Shown here: positions 1-11,072 of the stretch, one piece after another
Layout of the letters: each line of letters starts with the position of its first letter
Position numbering within the stretch: position 1 is the stretch's first letter
Source: a virus
Strand: one strand, 5' to 3'
Length of the DNA stretch: 64,000 nucleotides
IMG/VR virus record: IMGVR_UViG_3300027518_000007
Location: 575-64,574 of that record
Made by a program: the position numbers and the translations under genes
The notes under the pieces: generated by a model
The model's database searches: none
Seen by the model: the letters and a program-made list of their open reading frames with translations, nothing else
Told to the model about the DNA's origin: nothing

Positions 1-1533
1 TCCCAAAGTATTGGAGCTAACAGGATAATATGGTGTTCCACTAACTGCTAATCCGAAAGATGTTGATGATCCATTAAAAGATGAACTTATATTATCTAGT
101 TTGGTATAATTAGAAGAAGATACTGAAGCTCCCAAACTAATATATTCTAAAACCGTTCCAGATGGTACACTGTTACTTAAAGTTACCGAAGTTCCATCAG
201 TTGCAGTAAAATCACTACCAACTAATAATTTAACACCGTTTTGAAATAAATCTAAATAACCAGCAGAATAACCTTCAGGAATATTGAAAGAAGATAGTGT
301 TCCTGTGGTGGTAATATTTCCCCTTGCCGACGCCGATCCTCCACCGCCACCCGCTGTACTATTAATAGTATAAATTCCACTAGTAGACGATACTGTTACG
401 TTACTACCAGCAATTATATTCTTAACTGGAAGTAAACCACTAATACTACTATTAAAATCTGTAATTTGAGAAGACGTATGAGTGTGTCCACTAACACTTA
501 CGGGTGTTCCGTTAACCAATAGATTTTGGCTAAAATTACCGCTCCCAATAACATCTAATTGATACGATGGATTATTGGTACCTATTCCTAATTTACCTTC
601 TAATAAATGTTTTTTATGAGATCCCTGTATATAAATACCATATGCATTATTTATAACGCCATAGTCTTCGATAATGTATGCGTTAGGTCGTGCAAAAATA
701 TCATAACTATTATTAATAGTCCCATAACCATTGTATGGCTCAATATATAAGCCGTAAATATTGTTTGTTTGTGGAGTAACACCAGAATCTAAAATATTAT
801 GACCATATTGTATAGCTATGCCGTATAAGGCATTGAGATAACCAGCGTCTCCGCTAGAAGAAAAATTTCTCATACCCGCAAATTGCATAGCAACAGAGTT
901 ACCGCTATTAGCTACTCCACTAGCAATTAAATGTTTATTTTCCCCATAAAAAGCGCGAGAGTACTGAAGAGTGTTTTGATCAATATTACTATTAGTAACA
1001 ATTTGTAATCCAATAATATTACTATCTATAGCAAAAGATGAGTCACCTATATTAGAAATGTTTATCGACGGCTTGGATATTGTAATCCCAGACTGTACCA
1101 CGCCGGTAGATTCTACTATTATTTGTTCATTACTTGTTATTCTATCAGCTATAATATTATTAATTTCCCCTGTTCCATTAACTTGTAAAGAATCAATGAA
1201 ATTACCAGAATTTGCATAAACGATAGTGCCAGACAAATCACTATAAACATAGTCGCAAGTAATATTTCCATTAATATTAATGTTTCCACTATTTATAATG
1301 TTATAACTGTTTAAATCTAAATCTCCACCAAGTTGAGGAGAAAGATCTTCTACCAAATTATTTAATCCTACTCCAACAGGAGGCAAACCACTCCAGTTAG
1401 AAATACCATCTCCTATTTTTAAAATCTCATTAGTTAAATCATATCCAGGCTCACCACTAGCTAAAATAGGATTAGCAGAATTCCATTGTTCAGATGTTCC
1501 TTTGCGAAATGTTATTAGGTCATTTACTGCCAT
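1..1533 (-). CDS. Tail fibre/spike-like virion protein, runs off the window start (partial; absent from the ORF track)
   Basis: Manual translation from ATG at 1533 is open to base 1: MAVNDLITFRKGTSEQWNSANPILASGEPGYDLTNEILKIGDGISNW. This N-terminal anchor resembles major tropism determinant/hyaluronidase-type fibres; also GIGTNNPSYQLDV and HTHTSSQITDFN fibre motifs. Confidence 0.75.
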   Translation of the reverse strand, partial: MAVNDLITFRKGTSEQWNSANPILASGEPGYDLTNEILKIGDGISNWSGLPPVGVGLNNLVEDLSPQLGGDLDLNSYNIINSGNININGNITCDYVYSDLSGTIVYANSGNFIDSLQVNGTGEINNIIADRITSNEQIIVESTGVVQSGITISKPSINISNIGDSSFAIDSNIIGLQIVTNSNIDQNTLQYSRAFYGENKHLIASGVANSGNSVAMQFAGMRNFSSSGDAGYLNALYGIAIQYGHNILDSGVTPQTNNIYGLYIEPYNGYGTINNSYDIFARPNAYIIEDYGVINNAYGIYIQGSHKKHLLEGKLGIGTNNPSYQLDVIGSGNFSQNLLVNGTPVSVSGHTHTSSQITDFNSSISGLLPVKNIIAGSNVTVSSTSGIYTINSTAGGGGGSASARGNITTTGTLSSFNIPEGYSAGYLDLFQNGVKLLVGSDFTATDGTSVTLSNSVPSGTVLEYISLGASVSSSNYTKLDNISSSFNGSSTSFGLAVSGTPYYPVSSNTLG

Positions 1534-1646
1534 CTTGAAATATTGATCCTATTTATAGGGTTATTATCTATGCTATAATAATGGTTAATACACCCATTGA
1601 CAAATGTTGAATTTAAGCAAATATCAGACTATGTTAAGAAAATATT

Positions 1647-2984
1647 TTATGGAGTACCGCCATCAATAAGACAGTTGTATAAAGCTGTTGGAGAGCCTGT
1701 ACTCGTACCACTAATAGATGTCAATCCAACAATACTAGATATGGTGGTGCCTAGAACGGCGGTTGTAGAACCGATAGTAATACCACTACTAGCTAGTTTA
1801 GTAACGCTTATACCTGCGGAATTACTAATATCACTATTTTGAATAGAACTTGATAGATTTAATTTACTATAATCAATTGCAGCACTACTATTAATATCTG
1901 CATTAACAATTGTATTATTAGCAATCATTAAACTAGTTACTGTTCCGCTATCACTAGTATAAACTCCATTAGTTACTGTGCTAGCATTTCCACTTAATGA
2001 TCCAATAAAATATCCACTAGTATAAACATTTCCTCCAGTAAACTCCCATCTACTATCGTCTGTATCCCAAACTAATTGAGTTATGCCAGCTGTTGATGTG
2101 TTTTTAACTTCTAAACCACCCTGAGTGGCCGCACCAGAAACATTAACTCTAATAATATTATCTCCAATATCAACAGTAGTACTATTAACAGTAGTAGTAG
2201 TTCCATTAACTGTTAAATTGCCACCAACTGTAATATCTCCAGTTGTAGAAATTGATCCAATACCAGAGATATCTTTGTTGGCGTCTAATACAATAGCCCT
2301 ATTAGGAGATGCTGTTCCAGCACTTACTCCAGATAAATATGCTAATTCACCGAGAGTTGCTCTTACAGAAGCGTCTGTAATTTCACTCCACGTATGATTA
2401 TGACTAGATGGTGTGAAGGTAGCTGGTTTACTAGTTATGTTATCCCAGTGAACTTGACCACCACTACCACTAGTATTTAGTTCTGTCTCAGTATAGTATC
2501 TATCATCATGAGTATGATTTGAATATGAATATCCGCTAACATTAACAGTTAAATAATTACTACTATCATTATAATTTAATACTATACCCGTACCATTTCT
2601 TAAAAATCCTGTGGACGTATGATCTCCGCTACCAATAATATCTTGTATACCTTCTGCATCAATAGTAGCGTTGGCGATTCTATTATCAACAGCAGTATTA
2701 AAATCTGTAATTTGTGATGATACTATTCCTGTAACAGCAATGGTAACAGGGATTCCTGTGGTTGCTGCAAACGTTATTCCTATGCCACTAGCACCAACAA
2801 GATCGTCCGATGATGGTCTTATGGAGGAGTATAGTAAGCTATTCCACGAGGTTAATCCGTCTCCCAGCTTATATCTTTTAGTTATTGTGTCGTAACCCCA
2901 TTCTCCAGCATTTAGTGTTGGATTGACTGAGGACCACTCTGATGTGGTTCCTCTTCTAATTTGAATTAATGTTTGAACTGACAT
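1647..2984 (-). CDS. Tail fibre-like virion protein
   Basis: Same N-terminal module (IQIRRGTTSEWSSVNPTLNAGEWGYDTITKRYKLGDGLTSWNSL), Ser/Thr/Gly-rich, HTHDDRYYTETE and HNHTWSEITD repeats. Confidence 0.75.
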   Translation of the reverse strand: MSVQTLIQIRRGTTSEWSSVNPTLNAGEWGYDTITKRYKLGDGLTSWNSLLYSSIRPSSDDLVGASGIGITFAATTGIPVTIAVTGIVSSQITDFNTAVDNRIANATIDAEGIQDIIGSGDHTSTGFLRNGTGIVLNYNDSSNYLTVNVSGYSYSNHTHDDRYYTETELNTSGSGGQVHWDNITSKPATFTPSSHNHTWSEITDASVRATLGELAYLSGVSAGTASPNRAIVLDANKDISGIGSISTTGDITVGGNLTVNGTTTTVNSTTVDIGDNIIRVNVSGAATQGGLEVKNTSTAGITQLVWDTDDSRWEFTGGNVYTSGYFIGSLSGNASTVTNGVYTSDSGTVTSLMIANNTIVNADINSSAAIDYSKLNLSSSIQNSDISNSAGISVTKLASSGITIGSTTAVLGTTISSIVGLTSISGTSTGSPTALYNCLIDGGTP

Positions 2985-3020
2985 TGGTCTTCTCCGTTAA
3001 ACTTTAAAAGCGTTGAATAA

Positions 3021-3242
3021 TTAGGGTGAGCCACAATCTATTTCGTATTGATCTATAAAATTAGATAGATAATTATCTAATCCAACAACATCACTAGCAT
3101 AAACAATCATACTAGCATAACCAGCGGTAATATCAACAGATCCAAAATTAGAGGATGTAATCTCTATATTATTAGTTTCTGTTCCAATAGACGATTCAAT
3201 TTCTAAGTATGTAATATTCTCTATTATGTCTAAGCTTGTCAT
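3021..3242 (-). CDS. Hypothetical virion-associated protein
   Basis: 73-aa ORF coupled to neighbours; ends IDCGSP like the DGGTP end of the adjacent fibre. Confidence 0.55.
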   Translation of the reverse strand: MTSLDIIENITYLEIESSIGTETNNIEITSSNFGSVDITAGYASMIVYASDVVGLDNYLSNFIDQYEIDCGSP

Positions 3243-3643
3243 GTATTACACTCCAATATATCAGATGTCTCACTGAATCTTTTCATTATCGATGTTTTGC
3301 CATATAAAAGTCTGATAATAGATTTACCTCCACCAACATATAAGTCGTCATCACTTTGTAGTTCTAGATCATATTTTGCAGTATTGAACGTGAAACTATT
3401 TGTTGTATTTGCTGGGATTAGTAATGTAATTTTTCCTAAAAGAGGTTCTATAGTGAATTTATAAACACTATAATCCAGGTTCTCTGTAGAGAATACTTGT
3501 GTGGTGGCAATATTCGTTTTCCAAACTAATCTAGCACACCAGTTTGTTAAGTCTATTGGGTCTCCATTAGCGTCTTTATAAACTAATGATAGTTTAAAAG
3601 ATGACCCTTGCTCTATAACAAAGTCATACTTACTAGCTGCCAT
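3239..3643 (-). CDS. Virion structural protein (BppU N-terminal-like Ig fold, tentative)
   Basis: YDFVIEQGSSF...DANGDPIDLT...AKYDLEL pattern typical of phage baseplate/adaptor domains. Confidence 0.5.
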   Translation of the reverse strand: MAASKYDFVIEQGSSFKLSLVYKDANGDPIDLTNWCARLVWKTNIATTQVFSTENLDYSVYKFTIEPLLGKITLLIPANTTNSFTFNTAKYDLELQSDDDLYVGGGKSIIRLLYGKTSIMKRFSETSDILECNT

Positions 3644-3715
3644 AATTAAAGCCTATTGTGGTATGTTGTTAGTATATGAGAATATACACCCTTAATGAGG
3701 TATCTTATTGTATAT

Positions 3716-3746
3716 AAAAAAAGAAAGGCCAGTATTGCTACTGGCC
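3716..3746 (-). terminator. Intrinsic terminator after major capsid gene
   Basis: Minus strand GGCCAGTA-GCAA-TACTGGCC hairpin followed by TTTCTTTTTT. Confidence 0.85.
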
Positions 3747-3777
3747 GATCTTCTTTTAATTGTATCAATCTAAATTA

Positions 3778-4788
3778 TTAGAGAGAACCAACTAGAACTC
3801 TACGGTTATCTAGAACAGCAAAGCCGAGTTCAGCCCATCCATAGAAACCAGCTCTCTTCTGACGATGAAGAGTATCGTCTTCGAAGATCTGAACTTCTTG
3901 ACGAACTGGCATAATGAAGCTATCTCTCTTTCTTAGATCTAAACCAACAACTACTTCTGTGTCTCCACTTGGAAGAGAAGCTGATAGAGTGTCGGTATAG
4001 AATAGCTGGTATTCTTGACCAACACCTAGTTCGTCTAGATCATGAAGATTTACGCCGAAAACACGGTTAAGGGTGCCATCAGCAGCTGTATAAATTTCAC
4101 GACGAGTTACTTCGTCTACCTGATCGATACCCCAGTTGCGAATGTCTTCCATTGCTTCTGGAGAAACGTATAGATCTGTTAGTAAGCCACGATTGTTACT
4201 AGCTGAGTTACCACCACCGTTACGACGCATAACGGTCTTCATGAGACTAACGAGACGCTTTGTGAACTGACTTGCATTGGCATCACTATCGTAAACAACG
4301 ATGTTACGATCAACACCAGCAGCAAGAATGGTGTGCCAGCCGTCATCATTCATCTTCTTAACGAAAGAAGCTTCGAGAACTTCCATAGCACGACCCACAA
4401 CGTCCCAACGGGCATCGCGAGCATACTTTAGAAGATAATCGATTGAAGAACCAACGTCATAGGTTGGAACCATGACGTAATCGCCTTCAACATGACGCTC
4501 TGGAACATAGCCATGATTAGGAATTGTGTAGGCCACAAAATCCTTCTCTGTGCCAGGAGCAAGGAAGTCTAAAGGAAACTCAGGAGTAGCACTTTGAGCA
4601 AGTTGAATTGGCTCGAAAATACCATCTAGAACGTCACCGTTTAGCACACCTTGACGTAGAGGTAGTTCTAGGGCTTTTGCAATTTCTGCATTAGCTGCTA
4701 GAGCTACTTCTCTGTTAGCTGAACCAGAACGCATCAAAAGATCTGTTAATTCTGGTGTTGGTTGGAATCTTTCGGTTTTAGCTGACAT
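3778..4788 (-). CDS. Major capsid protein (HK97-fold)
   Basis: 336 aa, canonical position after portal, protease and decoration genes, followed by a strong terminator; C-terminal GFYGWAELGFAVLD resembles HK97-type capsids. Confidence 0.8.
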   Translation of the reverse strand: MSAKTERFQPTPELTDLLMRSGSANREVALAANAEIAKALELPLRQGVLNGDVLDGIFEPIQLAQSATPEFPLDFLAPGTEKDFVAYTIPNHGYVPERHVEGDYVMVPTYDVGSSIDYLLKYARDARWDVVGRAMEVLEASFVKKMNDDGWHTILAAGVDRNIVVYDSDANASQFTKRLVSLMKTVMRRNGGGNSASNNRGLLTDLYVSPEAMEDIRNWGIDQVDEVTRREIYTAADGTLNRVFGVNLHDLDELGVGQEYQLFYTDTLSASLPSGDTEVVVGLDLRKRDSFIMPVRQEVQIFEDDTLHRQKRAGFYGWAELGFAVLDNRRVLVGSL

Positions 4789-4812
4789 ATATTTTCTCCC
4801 TATGATTAAAAA

Positions 4813-5259
4813 TTATAGATTAACTGATACTTTTGCGTAACCGTCGGCGTCTACAGCACTTAAGAACTGGCCAATCTTAACAGAGTTTGTTGAGCTTGTA
4901 CCAATTAAGCCGCTTACACCAACATAAGCATCAACACCAGCAGCTGGACTACCTGTGACCTTGTTGGTTGTAACCTGTCCGTTACGGAGCAATGTTACCT
5001 TACCACCAAGTTGCACTTCGTCTTTGTGCCAGTTGATGTGCTGTCTTGTTAGATCAATATTTACAACATCGTTAAGTAAAACGCCTACGGGCTTTGAGCC
5101 AGAAACAGTTGCGGCATATGCTACAACAGCATTGGCATCGTCCATAGAGATACCAGAACCACCTGTGCTAACACAGGCAACACCACCGCGCTCGGCTGTG
5201 GAGTTCATGAAAAATGATACATCAGTTAGTAATTCGATACGATCTGGTTTTAGAGCCAT
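4813..5259 (-). CDS. Head decoration/cement protein
   Basis: 148 aa, Gly/Val-rich, between scaffold and capsid genes. Confidence 0.55.
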   Translation of the reverse strand: MALKPDRIELLTDVSFFMNSTAERGGVACVSTGGSGISMDDANAVVAYAATVSGSKPVGVLLNDVVNIDLTRQHINWHKDEVQLGGKVTLLRNGQVTTNKVTGSPAAGVDAYVGVSGLIGTSSTNSVKIGQFLSAVDADGYAKVSVNL

Positions 5260-5287
5260 GTTAGTTCTCTCCGTATAATTAAGTTAG

Positions 5288-6778
5288 TTATTTGACCTTT
5301 TTACCGATTTTGCTGCGCACGAAATCAACAAGAGCCGCTCTAGTTGAGTCTATTTCAGATTCAATTTCTCTACCAACGCCAAGATTAACTTCTTCTGCGA
5401 TCTCAACAGTTTCTAGAACAGCTGGATCCGAAATTTCTTCTGAAGCCTTCTTCTTTGATTTCATATCTTCTTCTTTATTCTCGTCTTTTTTGCTTTTATC
5501 TAGCCAAGGAGGCATCTTGCCAGCAAAAATGACTGTCATAGCTTCAAAAGCTTCATCTTCCATTGAATCAAATTTCTCAATGATATTAGCAGCAATTTCA
5601 GCATCTACTCCCTGCTCGATTAAAGAAGCTTTTCTTTTCATAGTCTTAGCCTTCTTTTCCATTTCTGCTTCTTTCATTTTATAGCCAGCGATGGCTTCGA
5701 GAGCAGCATCTAGTTCTGCTTTCATTTTCTTCTTTTCTTCTTCCATCTCTTTTGTCTTGTTAGCTGCTTCTTCTTTCAAAGCAGTAATTTCAGACTCTTT
5801 TGTCTGAGCGAGATCAGATAGATCTGCTTCGAGTTTTTCTTTGACAAGTTTTAGTTCTGCAACCTCAGAAGATAAAGCTGTAAACTCAACATTGACGTTT
5901 TCAACTTCTGTTTTTTGCATTTCTGTTTCTTGATTATCTGAACTCATAATTAGTTTCTCCGAATTAATATTGGACTGTGAAATAAATACACCCGATTGAA
6001 CCATTTCTGGATTTTTTTCTTCAATATTATCTTTATTTGTCTCAGGAAATAAGTTTTTGATAAAAATAATACTGTCGATATTTGCTGGACGGTCAACGAA
6101 ACCTTTACCAGTAAATGTAATATTACGTAAGACTCTACCAATTTTATAGTCTTGGTGTTGTCCCATTCCGCCGTATGATCTAAGAAATTTTGTTAAATAT
6201 GCTGTTTCTTCATTTCTAGCTAATACTTTATATTCATTAGTCTGAGTATTTAAAACGCCATAATCAAAACCCTTAAAAAAGCATTCCATACTAACATACT
6301 TAGTACCAGCTTGTATTTGTGAAATAAGATTTTCCGATCTTTCTTTTAGATCTGGATTACTAAATCCTCTATAAATAACTGAACCTGTTAATATGTGAAA
6401 TTTATTAGGAAGATCTTCAATAGGAGTATTTTCATCAATCAAATCTCCATCTTCTGTAATAGGCCAATTAGAAATAATATGACCTATGATAATATCTTCA
6501 TTATGTTCTAGATTCGTTGGTTTATGTTCTGGAGTATGTTTAGCTTTCCAAACCTCTGTCTTATCAAATATATCATCGTTCTTATTCCAAGAAGATGTTA
6601 CCAGAATAGACTGAACATAATATAGATCTTCATCACTATAGGATGCGATACTTTTTATTTTAGGTGGCTTTTTGTAGGTTAATGAACAGGGTTCTGCAAC
6701 ACAAGCATAAGAAATTGATGCAGATGTGCTCATTAGGTCTGCCAAGCCGTCGATTTTTTCTTGTTCAAAAATATGCAT
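5288..6778 (-). CDS. Prohead protease/scaffold fusion
   Basis: N-terminal globular domain (HKPTNLEH, YVSMEC) plus long Glu/Lys coiled-coil C-terminus; between portal and capsid. Confidence 0.65.
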   Translation of the reverse strand: MHIFEQEKIDGLADLMSTSASISYACVAEPCSLTYKKPPKIKSIASYSDEDLYYVQSILVTSSWNKNDDIFDKTEVWKAKHTPEHKPTNLEHNEDIIIGHIISNWPITEDGDLIDENTPIEDLPNKFHILTGSVIYRGFSNPDLKERSENLISQIQAGTKYVSMECFFKGFDYGVLNTQTNEYKVLARNEETAYLTKFLRSYGGMGQHQDYKIGRVLRNITFTGKGFVDRPANIDSIIFIKNLFPETNKDNIEEKNPEMVQSGVFISQSNINSEKLIMSSDNQETEMQKTEVENVNVEFTALSSEVAELKLVKEKLEADLSDLAQTKESEITALKEEAANKTKEMEEEKKKMKAELDAALEAIAGYKMKEAEMEKKAKTMKRKASLIEQGVDAEIAANIIEKFDSMEDEAFEAMTVIFAGKMPPWLDKSKKDENKEEDMKSKKKASEEISDPAVLETVEIAEEVNLGVGREIESEIDSTRAALVDFVRSKIGKKVK

Positions 6779-6790
6779 AGTTTTGACCTC

Positions 6791-8992
6791 TTAGGTTGGA
6801 TCCAAATTACCATACACCATAGAATAATAAGAAGCTTTAGCTTGTTTATATTCGTCCATAGATAATTCTCTGCTTAAATCTGATCGTAACGCTTTAATCC
6901 AATTACGGAAGTTGACAACAATATCGGTTAATGATTCATTAGAGTTACATGCCAATAAAACATTGTCTTGATCTATTTTAGAGTACGGGGACATGTTGAG
7001 CAGTATATTAGTTTTAAGGGATTCTAATTCTTCTGCTTCTGCGCTAGATAATGTTCTGAGATTTTTTTTGGTATAGAATTCCAAAACCATGGGGTTGACT
7101 ATCTCGCTAATTTTTTCTTGGGCATTGGTTGCCCAGATCAAAAGTTTTGCGCCAGTTCTGGGTGAAAATTTTCTATCTGCTCTTTTCTCAGTATCTTTGG
7201 ACAGTTTGGGTCTGCCTTCTCCAGGTTCTTTGGGCAACGAATCCGAAGACGGATCGTTTGCCAACTTCGTTGAAGGAGGAACTACGGGCATCTTCATTTC
7301 GAGGACAGTTTTTTCTCCAGGTTTTTTCTTTTCGAGTTGCAGACCAACTTGACTCGGAGTTGCTGCTCCCAACTGTAAAGAAATCTTTTTAAGAGAATTT
7401 TCAAACTCTGGATCATACCACGGTCCAGCTTTTTTGACCATACGATCACCCTTCCTGTCTCTGGACTCTCTATTGAGTCTACTCTTTTCCATTTCTGGAT
7501 CAAAACCAAATCTGGTTTGTAGCAATTCGTCACTAATAAGGTTTCTATCAGCTAATTGAATTAGAAGAGCTTTTTCTGTATCCTCATTACTTAAATCCAT
7601 TCTATCAAATTCTATTCTTGCTGGATATCTAAATCCCATAGCTTTCTGTACTAGTTCTATTTCTTTTTCCCAAAAATTTACTAACATATCACGACCATAT
7701 TGAAGTCTTTGTGTTAGTGTTTTTAAAGAAATAAAGTTGTTGGTAGTTCCAGCAGCACCAAAGGTACCGGTTAATGTAGGAGGAATACCTAAGCCAGCAT
7801 ATACTGAGTTTAAGTGAGGAATATACTTTCCTTCTCCAAGGAATTGATGTACATTTGTTTTAGATTCTAGAAGCTCAATATCCGGACCCCATACTAGATC
7901 CATAGTTCCTCCACCAACGTTATTTCCTAGGATCTGAGCTAGTTTAGCTGTTGCTGCTTTAGTTGGAGCAATTTTATGTTCAAGACTACCAAGTTTAAAA
8001 ATACGAATATTTGAAATAGCTCCGTCAAGAGCTGCCATATCAGCTAATTTGAGTTTTTCTATAACTGTAATATCATCCATAATAGCATACATCATAGGAA
8101 AAGCCCATGTTTGCCAATCGTCTTTTTTATAGTGATATACAATAATCTTATCTGGATCTAGAGGATATGCTGTCTTCTTCTTTGCTGCTTCTACGATCTG
8201 AGGAGGTAACTTGTCTATAATCTGTTTTTCTGCATCTGTTTTTGGACTATTAATAGTTTTACGAAGAGAGGCTGGTAATACTAATTCATATCTTTTTTCT
8301 GTGACGAAAGAAGATAAAGAACCGGCTGCTACCTCAACAAATACAGGATCAATAAAAGTATATCTCCACGGAATTTCTCTTTTTTCTAATATGGTATTGT
8401 TTAAATCTGTAATATCTAAGTCAGGAGCGGCAACTGCTCTGTAAAGCTTATCTGTAACCTTAAGGCTTAATTTTCCTGTTTGTTTATGTACAACAACATT
8501 ACCTACTTTATAGATATTGTTTAAAAATCTTTCGCTACGATCTTTACCAGATATTTTCTTAAACCACTGTCTATAGAATCTTTCTATCCTTTTATTCTGA
8601 TGAACAATTTTAATACCTTGTACTCCGAAATCTCCCATGAGATCAATAACGTTTTTGACTAGACCAACCCTTTGATAAATATCTTCAGCCCTGCGCATAA
8701 TTAACTTAATACTGCGTCTAGGTACTGCTTCATCTGGTCTAAAAAAGTCGTAATCGGTACGAGTTAATCCTGGACGACCACCAGTGATTCCGTCCAAGTT
8801 CGAATAGTCAAGACTATATCTACGACCAGCCGCTTCTGCCTTTTGGATTCCGGTATATTCGTCTAAAGACTCAGAAGCTCTCTTTAGTGCATCTTGTTTG
8901 CTGGATAGGTCTTCACCCCAAGCGATATATGCTTCCTGGTTACCTATTTCGGCATCTTTAATAACTTGACTTCTAGGATATTTTTTAGCCAT
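6791..8992 (-). CDS. Portal protein
   Basis: 733 aa directly downstream of terminase; helical portal-like segments (VKNVIDLMGDFG, YAGLGIPPTL). Confidence 0.75.
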   Translation of the reverse strand: MAKKYPRSQVIKDAEIGNQEAYIAWGEDLSSKQDALKRASESLDEYTGIQKAEAAGRRYSLDYSNLDGITGGRPGLTRTDYDFFRPDEAVPRRSIKLIMRRAEDIYQRVGLVKNVIDLMGDFGVQGIKIVHQNKRIERFYRQWFKKISGKDRSERFLNNIYKVGNVVVHKQTGKLSLKVTDKLYRAVAAPDLDITDLNNTILEKREIPWRYTFIDPVFVEVAAGSLSSFVTEKRYELVLPASLRKTINSPKTDAEKQIIDKLPPQIVEAAKKKTAYPLDPDKIIVYHYKKDDWQTWAFPMMYAIMDDITVIEKLKLADMAALDGAISNIRIFKLGSLEHKIAPTKAATAKLAQILGNNVGGGTMDLVWGPDIELLESKTNVHQFLGEGKYIPHLNSVYAGLGIPPTLTGTFGAAGTTNNFISLKTLTQRLQYGRDMLVNFWEKEIELVQKAMGFRYPARIEFDRMDLSNEDTEKALLIQLADRNLISDELLQTRFGFDPEMEKSRLNRESRDRKGDRMVKKAGPWYDPEFENSLKKISLQLGAATPSQVGLQLEKKKPGEKTVLEMKMPVVPPSTKLANDPSSDSLPKEPGEGRPKLSKDTEKRADRKFSPRTGAKLLIWATNAQEKISEIVNPMVLEFYTKKNLRTLSSAEAEELESLKTNILLNMSPYSKIDQDNVLLACNSNESLTDIVVNFRNWIKALRSDLSRELSMDEYKQAKASYYSMVYGNLDPT

Positions 8993-9050
8993 AATTTATA
9001 TTAGTATTGTAATAGGATTATAATAGAAACGTCAAAAAGATATACACTAA

Positions 9051-11072
9051 TTATCTGTATACTCCCTTATAAATATCATCATTTGCAGCGGAAGTAAACC
9101 ATTCTGGGCCTTTATACATTGTTCCATCGTTCTTGACTATTTCTCTTCTGTTACCTCCAACAACGTCATATGTTATTGGTTGTAGTGCTCTTTGAGCTTG
9201 ACGAGCTATCATATTAGCTATCAATAGAGAACTATATCTATCTTTTCTTAGCCTGCCCTTTTTCCCGTTTTGTAGTTTGACTTCTGGGGTATCCCATCGA
9301 TCTCTAGCATTTGCTCCAGTACTGGTTTGGGTCATTACTATTGTTGTCAATTCATTTTTTAGTTCTTCTATTTCTAAAATACATTCACTAACGCTATCAT
9401 AGATTGGATTGAGATCTGTGCTTAAAATATCTTTACCTTCTTGATCTAAAGCTAGTCCTAATGTTAAGTTATCAAATCTTGGAAATAGTAATACTTTATC
9501 TTCTAAGTCTTTTCTTAAACCATGGTTGGCTTGGGCTGTCCATTCTGCTTTAGCGAATTGTACTAGTTCTAAAATATGAAGACCAGCTTGGTCATCTGTA
9601 TCTTTTGATCTATTTGGATCTATAATTGGCCAAATAACTAGTTCTCCGTCTTCAAGCTTACTAGGATCGTGTAAAGCTTCTTCAATAGAAACGCCTCCAC
9701 CCTGAGCATCTAAACCTATCTTAACTGGAGGAAAGGTTTTCATTAGGTTTCGAATTTTTCTAGCACAAAATCCGTAGAAATCATGTTCCTTAATTAAGCC
9801 TGTTTTTTGACGTTCTTTAAAATTACTACGATTAGTAGTCCAACAATATACAATACGACTATGATCATTATGTAGTTCTAAAACTACGATACTGAAATTG
9901 TCTTGTTCTGACGCTGGGTCAATACCATAAACATATTTGTGTTCACTAGAACCCCTAGTTACTGCATCAAAAATAATCTTTTTATTTCCTATAACTATTG
10001 GCTTATTATCATTGACAACACAGCTTTCAATTAAACTTCTTCTGAAGAACCCTTCACTATCACTAACGAAGCAAGCCGCATATTCCATGTTATATATTCC
10101 ATTATGGATAGTAGCTTTGGCGCGAGATACTTGTTTATCGTCCATGAATCCTTTTGGAATTAATTCATAAGGTATTCTGATGATACTATAATCTTTCCAA
10201 TTAAAATTACTTGGCACATCACCTTTAAACATTTCTTCTAGTTTATTAGGATCTCCCTTGCTTTCAATAATTGTTTTGTATCTTCTCCAATAACTAGCAA
10301 AGTGTTTAAACGCATAATCTGCGGTACCAGAGATTATAGCTTGATTACCCATCTTTTTATTTAAAACTTCTAATTCTTCATTCCATAATCCAGCAGCTCT
10401 CATAGCGTCTTTTTTAGCTTCTTCTTTGACGTTTTGTATAGGACTAGCAGAAACAGCCGCGAAGCCTGATACTACTGTTTCATAAATGTCTGGAGATATG
10501 GAAGCAAATTCGTCAGCTATAATAATATGTGCTCTAAGACCTCTGATTTTGCTACCATCACCCATGGGAATAGCAATAGTCCAACTGTCTCCTAGTCTCA
10601 TAGTGCATCTATCTACGTCTCGTCTGGGACCATCATCGTTGCTATTAAAAATACTGCGTAAGATAGGACTATTTCTCCAAATAGTTTCCATATATTCAAA
10701 AATAATCTTACTTTGTCTAAATGCTGCTCCAACAACAACAATCTTGGTTCCAGGATAAAAAGAACATCTTAATACACAATATAAAGCTAATAGAAAAGAC
10801 TTACCCCAACCACGACTAGCTATATACATAGGAAATGCTCGTATCCAAAATTCTTGAATAATAGCAATTTGAATAGGATGTAGTTCTATATTGAATAGAA
10901 GTTTACATGTAGATCCAATGTACTCTGGATTTCTTAATATCTTAATTAAATGTAAATCTGGTTGTTCTATATCAATCTTAGACCGATGAATCATAAGATT
11001 CTTATCGATCTGGAGTTTGGATAGATCACCTAGACCTAACCAGGAATCATCGAAGTCGAAGTTCTTGGTCAT
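9051..11072 (-). CDS. terL: Terminase large subunit
   Basis: Walker A-like ASRGWGKS, Walker B IIIADE, RNase H-like nuclease YGIDPA, C-terminal KDRYSS. Confidence 0.9.
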   Translation of the reverse strand: MTKNFDFDDSWLGLGDLSKLQIDKNLMIHRSKIDIEQPDLHLIKILRNPEYIGSTCKLLFNIELHPIQIAIIQEFWIRAFPMYIASRGWGKSFLLALYCVLRCSFYPGTKIVVVGAAFRQSKIIFEYMETIWRNSPILRSIFNSNDDGPRRDVDRCTMRLGDSWTIAIPMGDGSKIRGLRAHIIIADEFASISPDIYETVVSGFAAVSASPIQNVKEEAKKDAMRAAGLWNEELEVLNKKMGNQAIISGTADYAFKHFASYWRRYKTIIESKGDPNKLEEMFKGDVPSNFNWKDYSIIRIPYELIPKGFMDDKQVSRAKATIHNGIYNMEYAACFVSDSEGFFRRSLIESCVVNDNKPIVIGNKKIIFDAVTRGSSEHKYVYGIDPASEQDNFSIVVLELHNDHSRIVYCWTTNRSNFKERQKTGLIKEHDFYGFCARKIRNLMKTFPPVKIGLDAQGGGVSIEEALHDPSKLEDGELVIWPIIDPNRSKDTDDQAGLHILELVQFAKAEWTAQANHGLRKDLEDKVLLFPRFDNLTLGLALDQEGKDILSTDLNPIYDSVSECILEIEELKNELTTIVMTQTSTGANARDRWDTPEVKLQNGKKGRLRKDRYSSLLIANMIARQAQRALQPITYDVVGGNRREIVKNDGTMYKGPEWFTSAANDDIYKGVYR

